The notes under the pieces were generated by a model that did no database searches, had not been told where the DNA came from, and saw only the letters and a program-made list of their open reading frames with translations. Positions 56,069 to 64,000 of a stretch of DNA of 64,000 nucleotides are shown here, in pieces. The position numbers were made by a program, and so were the translations under genes. Origin of the DNA: Anaerolineae bacterium (GTDB lineage: Bacteria; Chloroflexota; Anaerolineae; Aggregatilineales; Phototrophicaceae). The stretch's first letter is position 1; each line of letters begins with the position of its first letter. The stretch spans positions 371 through 64,370 of the forward strand of contig JBGSVJ010000003.1 of assembly GCA_041753015.1 (NCBI GenBank). Reading direction: 5' to 3'.

Positions 56069-58069
56069 ATGAATCAAAGACCTTTGTTGACCCTTATGCG
56101 CGCTCTTGCGCTGTTGATTGCCGTTCTCGTCCTGATGATGGGCTATTACTGGTCGCACAAGCCGCTTGACGCCGCCTTCGCGCTGCGGATCGGCGGCATG
56201 GTGCTCGATCTTTTCGTCGTTTGCGTCGTGCTGATCACGGCGGGGACGTGGGGGCGGGCGGCGCTTACGCGCTTGCACTGGCGTGATGCGATCCCGTTGG
56301 AACGCCTCCCTGTTGAGATCGTCACCGGCTTGGGCATGATCAGCTTGCTCGTGCTGGCGCTCGGCTTGGCGGGCGTGCTGTATGGTTGGCTGATTTTCGC
56401 CGCGCTCGTGATCTCGTTGGCATTTTTGCGCGTCCGGTTCGCGCAAGTCATCCGCGCCATTCGTGACATCATGGGCATGATTCGTCCGCGCACCCCGTTT
56501 GAAACCGGAGTCACGGTGTTTGTGGGCTTTCTGCTCCTGTTCGCCTTCTTGATCGCGCTCGCACCTCCCGCCGCATGGGACAGCCTGACGTATCACTTAG
56601 TCGCCCCTCAGCGCATGATCCGCGACCACGCGATCACCGCGCAGGGCGATAATTTCTTCCTCGGCTTCCCGCAGATCGTCGAAACACTCTACGCGCTGGT
56701 GACCGGCACGTTCGGGCGAGCGACGGCTGCCGCCCCGCTGCACTTCACGTTTGGCGTGCTCGCGCTTATGCTCACGGCGGCGGTGACGCGGCGCATCTTG
56801 GATCGGCGTGCGGCTTATCTCGCGGTGGCGATCCTGCTGTCGAGCTTCAGCTTATGGCGGCTGTTCGGTTCGGCATATGTCGATCTCGGCGTGATGGCAT
56901 ATGCCGCCGCCGCGCTCGTGATCTTCTTCCGCTGGCGGCGCGATGCCCAATCGGAATGGTTAATCCTGTTCGGCGTGCTGCTCGGCTTCGGCGTGGGAGT
57001 CAAATACATCATGGGCGTGGTTGCGGTCGCCCTGCTGATCGCCGTACTTGCGCACAGTCCCCCGCGCTTATGGCTTGCGAATGCGCTCCGCTTAACCGTT
57101 CCCGCGCTGATCGTATTCGCGCCTTGGATGCTCAAGGGTGCGCTCCTCTATCAAAACCCGATCTACCCGTACTTCTTCGGCGGGTTGAACTGGGACGCCG
57201 AGCGCATGGCAGCGTTCAACATTGCGGGCGGCGGCTTGCTCAACGGGCGCGCGTGGCATCTGCCGATTCTGCCGATTGCCGCCGCGATCTTTGGCGTTCA
57301 CAACGGCGAAGGCTACGCCTTTTCGAGCGGCGTGTGGCTGCTGACCGCGCCGTTTCTGCTGTTGATCGTTTGGTGGCGCTTTGCGGCGGACGAACGGCGC
57401 TTGCTCCGCGACGCTGTGCTGCTGCTGACGATCATCGTGATCGCGTGGGGCGCGCTCTCGCTCGAAAACGGAATCGCCGCCCAAACCCGCATGATCGTGA
57501 TGGCATTTCCATTGTTTGCGCTGGCGGGTGCGGCGGCATTCACCGGAATCGACCGTCTGCCGGAAAAACCGCTCAACGTCGGCTTTATCGTGCGGGCGGT
57601 CTTTGCGATCACGCTGATTCTCGGCGCCGCGGATGTCTTGCGCTCAACCGTAGACACCCACGTGATCGAATACACCGCCGCAGCGATTGACGAGCGCGAT
57701 TATTTATATCAGGCGCTCGGCGCGCATCACCCCGCGCTCGCCGACTTGAACACGATTGTGCCTGAAGGCGCTCAGGTGCGGCTGATGTGGGAACCGCGCT
57801 CGTTTTACTGCCCGCCATCGATCCAATGCGTGCCCGATGTGATGTTCGATCACTGGCGGCGCGGGCTGGCGGGTTCACCGGAAGCGGTGTTTGAGGCGTA
57901 TCGCGCTGCCGGGGATGATTACCTGCTGTTCTGGGAGTCCGGCTTCGCGCTCGACAGCGCTGATCCGGCGCACGCCGAAGCGAATGCACTGTTCGCAGCC
58001 GCGCGCGACCAAGTCATGACTCCCGTATGGACGGATGGCTTCTACTACACGCTGTATACATGGCGGTGA
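56069..58069 (+). CDS. GT-C (ArnT/GT39-like) membrane glycosyltransferase
   Basis: WDSLTYH, YVD, GVKY, NPIYP motifs; many TM helices. Confidence 0.8.
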   Translation: MNQRPLLTLMRALALLIAVLVLMMGYYWSHKPLDAAFALRIGGMVLDLFVVCVVLITAGTWGRAALTRLHWRDAIPLERLPVEIVTGLGMISLLVLALGLAGVLYGWLIFAALVISLAFLRVRFAQVIRAIRDIMGMIRPRTPFETGVTVFVGFLLLFAFLIALAPPAAWDSLTYHLVAPQRMIRDHAITAQGDNFFLGFPQIVETLYALVTGTFGRATAAAPLHFTFGVLALMLTAAVTRRILDRRAAYLAVAILLSSFSLWRLFGSAYVDLGVMAYAAAALVIFFRWRRDAQSEWLILFGVLLGFGVGVKYIMGVVAVALLIAVLAHSPPRLWLANALRLTVPALIVFAPWMLKGALLYQNPIYPYFFGGLNWDAERMAAFNIAGGGLLNGRAWHLPILPIAAAIFGVHNGEGYAFSSGVWLLTAPFLLLIVWWRFAADERRLLRDAVLLLTIIVIAWGALSLENGIAAQTRMIVMAFPLFALAGAAAFTGIDRLPEKPLNVGFIVRAVFAITLILGAADVLRSTVDTHVIEYTAAAIDERDYLYQALGAHHPALADLNTIVPEGAQVRLMWEPRSFYCPPSIQCVPDVMFDHWRRGLAGSPEAVFEAYRAAGDDYLLFWESGFALDSADPAHAEANALFAAARDQVMTPVWTDGFYYTLYTWR

Positions 58070-58118
58070 CCTGACGGTAGGCTTATCCGATGTTCAAAAC
58101 CGACCTCATTCCCCAAAA

Positions 58119-58185
58119 GCTCCTCACCCCTCTCTCTAACCGAAGATTGGAGAGGTTTCGGGGGTGAGGAGCAGTACATCGGGGC
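58119..58185. repeat. Family B repeat
   Basis: gctcctcacccc...ctctctaaccgaagattggagag...ggggtgaggagcagtacatcggggc. Confidence 0.8.
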
Positions 58186-58390
58186 AAAAACCGCGATTGC
58201 CAATATCGCACAAGCCTTCGGTGTCACATTTGCATACGGTTTGCCTAGCATTTGAATGTAATGCAATGCTTAACGAGTTGCCGACATAAACCGACATAAA
58301 AACATCGGCGTCGCCCTGCATCCATTAGCAACGGCGGGGAGTTTGCTGTATCCTGATGAGGAGGCACGTATTGGTTGAAGGAGTCTGCCC

Positions 58391-58843
58391 GTGAAACGCT
58401 TGATCGTGCTGGTCATCGTGCTGATCGCTTCGCTGGTTGTGTGGCTGACGACAGTCAGTGCCGGGGACAGCGCCGCGCGCCCGTCTTATCAAGGCACGGA
58501 AGTCCCGACCGAACGCCCATTTTCGGAAGTCACGCCGCAAGACCTGCCGAGCCTTTCCGGCGTGGGTGGCACGCCCATACAAGCCAATGTGCGCATCCGC
58601 AGCGCGCCGAGCGTCGAGGCGCGGCAGATCGGGATTCTGCGTTTCGAGCGGTTCATTGATATTGTCGGCACGAACGGATTCGACACCGAACGCGAATGCA
58701 ACAACTTTGAAGATGATTTGGATATGTGGGTGCAGGTGATGTTTGGCGACCGCCAGCGCGGCTGGATCGCCCGCTGCACACTGTACATTTACGGCGATAT
58801 GAGCCGTTTACCGATAGAAGCCACGCCTGAGGCGGTCGGCTAG
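58391..58843 (+). CDS. Secreted bacterial SH3-domain protein
   Basis: Signal/TM, NVRIRSAPS, WVQV, RGWI. Confidence 0.8.
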   Translation: MKRLIVLVIVLIASLVVWLTTVSAGDSAARPSYQGTEVPTERPFSEVTPQDLPSLSGVGGTPIQANVRIRSAPSVEARQIGILRFERFIDIVGTNGFDTERECNNFEDDLDMWVQVMFGDRQRGWIARCTLYIYGDMSRLPIEATPEAVG

Positions 58844-58874
58844 TTTTTTCGCGGAATACCCCGGAGGCAGCGCG

Positions 58875-59855
58875 ATGCAGCGTCGTTCGCTCATACTCTT
58901 TGTGATTCTCAATGTGGTCATCTCGGTGGGGGTGGCGCTTGCAGTGATCCAGCTTGCCAACTCACGCGGGTCGAGTGCCACCAGCTTGACACAGGTGATC
59001 ACGGTTGAAGTGATTTATACCTCGACGCCTGCACCGACGCAGACGCCGTTCATCGTGACCGCGACTCCGCCGACGGGCGTTGTGATCCTGCCGCCTGATC
59101 TGCTCGGAACACCGGGCGGGAGCGGGGCGGAGTCGGTGGGCGGTTCACCTGCGCCAACGATTGATCCGGCGGTGCTGGAGGCGGCGGGCAGTGATCCGGC
59201 GCTGTTGGGGACAGGACTACCCGCAAACTGCATCCTGCATACCGTCGTTGAAGGCGATACCCCGTTTGCAATCGCAGAGCAGTACGGCGCGGATGGGTTC
59301 AACCTGTTGGAAGTCAACGGTTTGACGGAAGAAACCTCTTTTGGGTTGCAGATCGGTGATGTGCTGATCGTGCCGCTCGAAGGTTGTTCGCTGACGCAAA
59401 ACCTATTGGGCGATACAACGGACGCTGGTGAGGAAGTCGTCACCGAAGAACCGCTGCCGACCGAAGGCGCGCCCGCCAGTACCACAGCGCCGACCGCCAC
59501 GCCTTCACCAACGGCAAGCGCAACCCTGCCGCCAACCGCCGAAAATGCTCAGATGCAGATCGTCGGCATCAATAACGCCGGTGTGATCACACAGGAATAC
59601 ATCGAAATCCTCAACACGGGAAACACAGTGAGCATCCTCAACTGGGTGATCCGCGATGGGCAGGGCAACGAATACCGCTTTGCCGAACAGTTACTTTTCA
59701 GCCGGGGATCGATCCGCGTGTACACCGGATCAGGCGGTACAGATACACCGAACGTTAAATACTGGGGGCTGCCGTCCGCCGTTTGGGAAGCAGGCGACGT
59801 CGCCACGCTGATCGACAGCGATGGGCAGGTACAAGCGACATTCGCCGTGCCGTAA
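58875..59855 (+). CDS. Membrane-anchored LysM + lamin-tail-domain protein
   Basis: HTVVEGDTPFAIAEQYG..LQIGDVLIVP LysM; EYIEILNTG, VYTGSG, GDVATLIDSDG LTD. Confidence 0.88.
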   Translation: MQRRSLILFVILNVVISVGVALAVIQLANSRGSSATSLTQVITVEVIYTSTPAPTQTPFIVTATPPTGVVILPPDLLGTPGGSGAESVGGSPAPTIDPAVLEAAGSDPALLGTGLPANCILHTVVEGDTPFAIAEQYGADGFNLLEVNGLTEETSFGLQIGDVLIVPLEGCSLTQNLLGDTTDAGEEVVTEEPLPTEGAPASTTAPTATPSPTASATLPPTAENAQMQIVGINNAGVITQEYIEILNTGNTVSILNWVIRDGQGNEYRFAEQLLFSRGSIRVYTGSGGTDTPNVKYWGLPSAVWEAGDVATLIDSDGQVQATFAVP

Positions 59856-59891
59856 AGCCATCTTGACCCGTGACCCACTTCACGCGGTAAC

Positions 59892-59985
59892 AGCTCCTCA
59901 CCCCCGTCCCCCTCTCTAAACTTTGGAGAGGGGGAGAAAAGCGGCGCATTAGTTTTCCCCCTCCATCGCTTGCGACGGGGTGAGG
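59892..59985. repeat. Family B repeat, double unit
   Basis: ctcctcacccccgtccccctctctaaactttggagagggg ... ccccctccatcgcttgcgacgggg; parallels 1526-1619. Confidence 0.8.
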
Positions 59986-60033
59986 ATGAGATGCAGCAGG
60001 AGAAAGCGGTTAGTTCTTCAAGGATTTTTACGC

Positions 60034-60489
60034 ATGTTCGAGCGTCCACACAGCCTGATCGATGAATTGATCAAGGAGGCGATGGAGCAGGGTAAGTTTG
60101 ATAATCTGCCGGGGCGCGGAAAACCGCTCAAGCTGGACGAGGATGCGCACATCCCAATTGAGCAGCGCTTGGCGAACAAGCTCCTCAAGGACAACGATCT
60201 TGTGCCTGATTGGATCGAAGAAGGCGGGGAACTCCGCGAAGCGCGTGAACGCATGATCGCGCGGCTTCAGCGCGAGGTGCGGCGCTATCACCGCGCGCTT
60301 GATCAGGCAGCGAACACGCCCTCACCGGAACTGACCCGGCAGGCATTGCATCGGGCATGGGACGTGCAGCAAGAGACACTGCGCGAGGAAGTTGAAAAAC
60401 TCAACCGGCGCATCATCAGCTATAACTTGAAAGTGCCGCGCGGAATCCCGCATCTGCATTTGATCGATGCGAAAAAGGCACTGGGGTGA
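60034..60489 (+). CDS. DUF1992 (DnaJ-C28-like) domain protein
   Basis: IKEAMEQGKFDNLPGRGKPL, LVPDWIE, LNRRIISYNL. Confidence 0.9.
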   Translation: MFERPHSLIDELIKEAMEQGKFDNLPGRGKPLKLDEDAHIPIEQRLANKLLKDNDLVPDWIEEGGELREARERMIARLQREVRRYHRALDQAANTPSPELTRQALHRAWDVQQETLREEVEKLNRRIISYNLKVPRGIPHLHLIDAKKALG

Positions 60490-60518
60490 AACCGGGCTTC
60501 ACCCCGTGAGCGTGCAAA

Positions 60519-60722
60519 TTAGGCGGGCGTGATCGGGGAAGGTGGTTCTTCCTGCTTTGCTTCTTCTTCATCCTTCTTGGGGGCGTTAGCGTTCAAACCT
60601 TTGCGGAAGTTGCCGACCGCGCTCCCCAATTCGCCGCCGATGCGGGAAATGCGCCCGACACCGAACAGCACCAGCACGATCAGTAGGATGATTAGAAGTT
60701 CACCCGCACCGAGATTAGGCAT
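60519..60722 (-). CDS. tatA: Twin-arginine translocase TatA/E
   Basis: GAGELLIILLIVLVLFGVGRI..GGELGSAVGNFRKG. Confidence 0.92.
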   Translation of the reverse strand: MPNLGAGELLIILLIVLVLFGVGRISRIGGELGSAVGNFRKGLNANAPKKDEEEAKQEEPPSPITPA

Positions 60723-60884
60723 CACAATCCTCATTTCTGCTTTCGAGCATCCATGCTCACACGCATTATAACACCCGCGCATAGAGCGTAGATTCATTTT
60801 GGCGCGGATCACTCCCGGTTTCACATGTAGAAGTGGGCACTGAAGTGAAATCGCTTTCGCCCGCCGCTCCAGAAAGGTCATATC

Positions 60885-61361
60885 ATGCACGAATTCAACG
60901 TTCGCTTTGTTCAGCTTGAGCCGATGCACATCGCTTCGGTGACTGCGACCGCCCACGATGCCGAAGCACAATCATGGAATCGCCTGAAAGCATGGGCAGA
61001 GCCGAAAGGCTTACTCAATCAGCCTTCGCTCCGCGTTTTCGGTTTCGATAACTGCCAGCCCGACCCGAACCACCAGTACACGACGTGGATTCCCGTCGGC
61101 AGCGAGGTGCAGGGTGATGAAGATGTCCGCACATTTGATTTCTCCGGCGGATGGTACGCTGTCACCACTGTACACGGTCCGGATAAAATCCCGTCGGCGT
61201 GGCAGCATCTCAGTGAGTGGTTAAGGGGCAGCCCGTACCGCTATGGGCGGCATCAAGGACTTGAAGAAGCGGTCGGCAGTCTGGATAACCCGCCGGAGCA
61301 GGTCACGTTTCATCTGTACCTGCCGATTGATCGTCCGCCGCAAACCACATCCACAAAGTAA
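60885..61361 (+). CDS. GyrI-like small-molecule-binding protein
   Basis: GGWYAV, IPSAWQHL, LYLPI. Confidence 0.82.
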   Translation: MHEFNVRFVQLEPMHIASVTATAHDAEAQSWNRLKAWAEPKGLLNQPSLRVFGFDNCQPDPNHQYTTWIPVGSEVQGDEDVRTFDFSGGWYAVTTVHGPDKIPSAWQHLSEWLRGSPYRYGRHQGLEEAVGSLDNPPEQVTFHLYLPIDRPPQTTSTK

Positions 61362-61463
61362 CAGCGATCGGGGGCGTGTCGTGCGCCCCTTCCTCCGCTA
61401 TTGCCGCTTCAGTACAGGCGTGCTAGACTTGAACTGCCGATCAACAGGGGTAATTACGACGAT

Positions 61464-63020
61464 ATGGAGCAGGCGCTTTACCTGAAGTGGCGACCCATCG
61501 CGTTTGATGACATGGTGGGACAAGAACACATCACGCGGACGCTCCGCAGCGCGCTCAAGAGTGGGCGCATCCGTCATGCCTATCTTTTCAGCGGACCACG
61601 TGGCACAGGCAAAACGACTTCTGCCCGTCTGCTTGCCAAAGCGGTAAACTGCCTCCATCCTGATCCCGAACAGCGCCCATGCAATCAATGTGATCCGTGT
61701 ATTGCCGTCAATGAGGGACGCTTTCTCGACTTGATCGAGATCGACGCGGCGACTCATACAGGTGTAGACGATGTGCGCGAACTGCGCGACAAGATCGCGT
61801 TTGCGCCGGGTCAAGGACGCTTCAAGGTCTACATCATCGACGAAGTTCACCGCTTCAGCGGGAGCGCGTTTGATGCCCTGCTGAAAACGCTCGAAGAACC
61901 ACCAGATCACGCCATCTTTATCCTTGCGACGACGGAAATCGACAAAGTGCCGCCGACGATCAAGAGCCGGAGCTTGCAGTTTGAGTTTCGTCTGCTCTCG
62001 GTCGGTGAAATCGCGGATCGGCTCGAATTGATCTGCAAAGAAGGTAAGTTGAAGGCGGAACGCTCGGCGCTGGAGATGATCGCGCGGCAGGGTCGCGGCA
62101 GTATGCGCGACAGCATCAGCTTGCTCGATCAGATCGTGGTTGATCCCTCAGAAAAGATCACGGTTGCGCTCGTGCAGCAAACGCTTGGCACAGCGGCAAG
62201 CGCGGCGGTACAAGCGCTGGTCGCTGCACTCGTGAGCGGTGACTCTGCGGCGGGGCTGCGCGTGATCCACGACGCGATTGACGCGGGAACTGATCCAAAG
62301 CACTTCGGTATGCAGGTGATCGATCATCTGCGTAATGTCCTGCTCGCCCAAACAGGCGGCGACGAGTTGATCGAAGCGAGTGACGAAGATCGCGCGATGT
62401 ATACCCGTCAAGGGCAGCAGATCAGCCGCTCTGCGCTGGTGCGCTCGGTGCGTGCGTTTAATGAAGCATTGAACAATACGAAAACCGGATGGCAGCCGCA
62501 GTTGGCACTGGAGTTGGCGCTGATCGAGAGCGTGCATAATGTCAATGAAGTGGTGGATGCGCCGTCTGCGCCTGTCATGCGTGCGGCTCAACCTGCCGCC
62601 GCCGCGCCGCCGCCCGAGCCTGTTCAACCGGAAGAGCCGCCGCTGGCGCGGGGAGCGCCGCCCGTGATCGAAGCGGCGTTGATTAGTTCGCGCTGGAATG
62701 ATGTGCTTACGGCGCTGCTCAAGATCAACGCGACCAGCCCCGCTGTGATGCAAGAATTCCGTGTGCATCATGTGGATGGCAACACGGTTTACTTGAGCAC
62801 GGATAATCATGTGATTTTTGACCGCATCAACCCGTTTCCCGACAAGCGCAAGATCGTCGAGAAGGCGCTCAAGGCGGTATTCGGGATCATGCTGCATGTT
62901 CAAGTGCTGCTGGTGGATACATCCGGCGCGGTGAGCAGCGAAACCGGCACGGATGCACTCTTAAACGAGATCAGCGCGGCGGGGGGTAAACCCCGGCGCG
63001 GTTCCAAGAAAACTGAATAA
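61464..63020 (+). CDS. dnaX: DNA polymerase III subunit gamma/tau
   Basis: LYLKWRP, GPRGTGKT, zinc-module Cys, IIDEVH, LKTLEEPP. Confidence 0.97.
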   Translation: MEQALYLKWRPIAFDDMVGQEHITRTLRSALKSGRIRHAYLFSGPRGTGKTTSARLLAKAVNCLHPDPEQRPCNQCDPCIAVNEGRFLDLIEIDAATHTGVDDVRELRDKIAFAPGQGRFKVYIIDEVHRFSGSAFDALLKTLEEPPDHAIFILATTEIDKVPPTIKSRSLQFEFRLLSVGEIADRLELICKEGKLKAERSALEMIARQGRGSMRDSISLLDQIVVDPSEKITVALVQQTLGTAASAAVQALVAALVSGDSAAGLRVIHDAIDAGTDPKHFGMQVIDHLRNVLLAQTGGDELIEASDEDRAMYTRQGQQISRSALVRSVRAFNEALNNTKTGWQPQLALELALIESVHNVNEVVDAPSAPVMRAAQPAAAAPPPEPVQPEEPPLARGAPPVIEAALISSRWNDVLTALLKINATSPAVMQEFRVHHVDGNTVYLSTDNHVIFDRINPFPDKRKIVEKALKAVFGIMLHVQVLLVDTSGAVSSETGTDALLNEISAAGGKPRRGSKKTE

Positions 63021-63040
63021 CGAAGAAAGGACATCACATA

Positions 63041-63424
63041 ATGAGCAAGGGACGTAAAATGGGTGGTGGTATTCCCGGCGGCGGCGGCTTCAACCAACAG
63101 GCAGCACTTCGCCAGCTTCAAAAAATGCAAGAAGATATGCAAGCCGCGCAGCAGGCGCTCGAAACCGAAACCGTCGAAAGCAGTGTCGGCGGCGGTGCAG
63201 TCGTCGTTGTGATCACCGGTCATCAGCGCGTGCAGTCGGTCACGATTGATGCGTCCAAGATTGATACAAGCGATCCTGAATGGGTGAACGATCTGCAAGA
63301 CCTCGTTGTGATCGCGGTAAATCAGGCGATTGAGCAAAGCCAGACGATGGCGGCGCAGCGCATGGAAGCGATCACCGGCGGGATGGGCAGCATCCCCGGT
63401 TTAGGTGGTCTGCTCGGCGGGTAG
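63041..63424 (+). CDS. ybaB: YbaB/EbfC nucleoid-associated protein
   Basis: QKMQEDM, GGGAVVV, LQDLVVIAVNQA; between dnaX and recR. Confidence 0.93.
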   Translation: MSKGRKMGGGIPGGGGFNQQAALRQLQKMQEDMQAAQQALETETVESSVGGGAVVVVITGHQRVQSVTIDASKIDTSDPEWVNDLQDLVVIAVNQAIEQSQTMAAQRMEAITGGMGSIPGLGGLLGG

Positions 63425-63426
63425 CT

Positions 63427-64000
63427 ATGACATCCAAAGCAATTCCAGAACCGATCAGCCGGCTGATCGACGCTTTTTCCAGCTTGCCGGGGGTAGGTCC
63501 AAAGTCTGCCGCCCGGCTGACGTATTTCCTTCTGCGCGCACCCGATCACGTAGCGCTCGGTTTATCCGATGCGCTTAGGGCGCTGAAGGCGGAAACGATC
63601 CTCTGTTCAAACTGCTTCAACATCGCCACCACTGATCCCTGCTCGATCTGCGCGGACACAAACCGCGATCAGCGTACTATCGCCGTCGTCGAAGAACCGC
63701 TCGATGTGATCGCGCTCGAACGCACAGGGGAGTATCACGGGCTGTATCATGTCCTGCACGGTGTAATCTCACCTGTGAACGGCATTGGACCCGATGACCT
63801 CAAAATCCGCGAATTGATCGCCCGTGTGGAACGCGGCACCGCGCTCGAAGTGATCATGGCGACCAATCCCGGTATGGAAGGCGACGCGACGGCGAACTAC
63901 ATTCGCTCGGAGCTTACGGGGAAGGGAGTCAAGGTGACGACCCTTGCGCGCGGGCTGCCAATTGGGGGCGATATTGAGTACGCCGACTCGGTCACGCTCA
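63427..64000 (+). CDS. recR: Recombination mediator RecR (runs off the window end; absent from the ORF track)
   Basis: LPGVGPKSAARL, CSNC..CSIC zinc finger, VVEEP, YHVLHG, ATNPGMEGDATA. Confidence 0.96.
   Translation, partial: MTSKAIPEPISRLIDAFSSLPGVGPKSAARLTYFLLRAPDHVALGLSDALRALKAETILCSNCFNIATTDPCSICADTNRDQRTIAVVEEPLDVIALERTGEYHGLYHVLHGVISPVNGIGPDDLKIRELIARVERGTALEVIMATNPGMEGDATANYIRSELTGKGVKVTTLARGLPIGGDIEYADSVTL

Noticed and set aside
61464-63020. Programmed frameshift in dnaX and an upstream SRP RNA
   Set aside because: No slippery A-run of the known types was seen, and no SRP-like hairpin was recognised in the roughly 100-nt upstream gap

Overview
High-GC bacterial chromosomal window. 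Gene content and style suggest Chloroflexota (Anaerolineae-like); this is an inference. It opens with the right end of an IS3-family element. Housekeeping genes include ssb, rplJ-rplL with an L10-leader attenuator, hom, pyk, rsgA, tatA and dnaX-ybaB-recR. It also holds a split nurA / HAS-barrel / herA repair cluster with LexA-like boxes, a translin-like protein, a four-gene ABC importer, an ECF sigma/anti-sigma module, a PspA pair and two membrane Ser/Thr kinases. The most unusual locus is 52972-54718: three tRNA genes (Pro-TGG, Gly-TCC, Ile2/Met-CAT) interleaved, with 5-11 nt gene-tRNA gaps, with three small LAGLIDADG-like genes in one apparent transcript. Other notable structures are a TPR gene bracketed by a 74-bp direct repeat, three families of intergenic palindromic repeats, an FGE/CLec gene with an AT-rich C-terminal domain, a probable pseudo-hydrolase and a secreted protein with a repeat I do not recognise. 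All family calls come from motif recognition by eye; no database searches were run.
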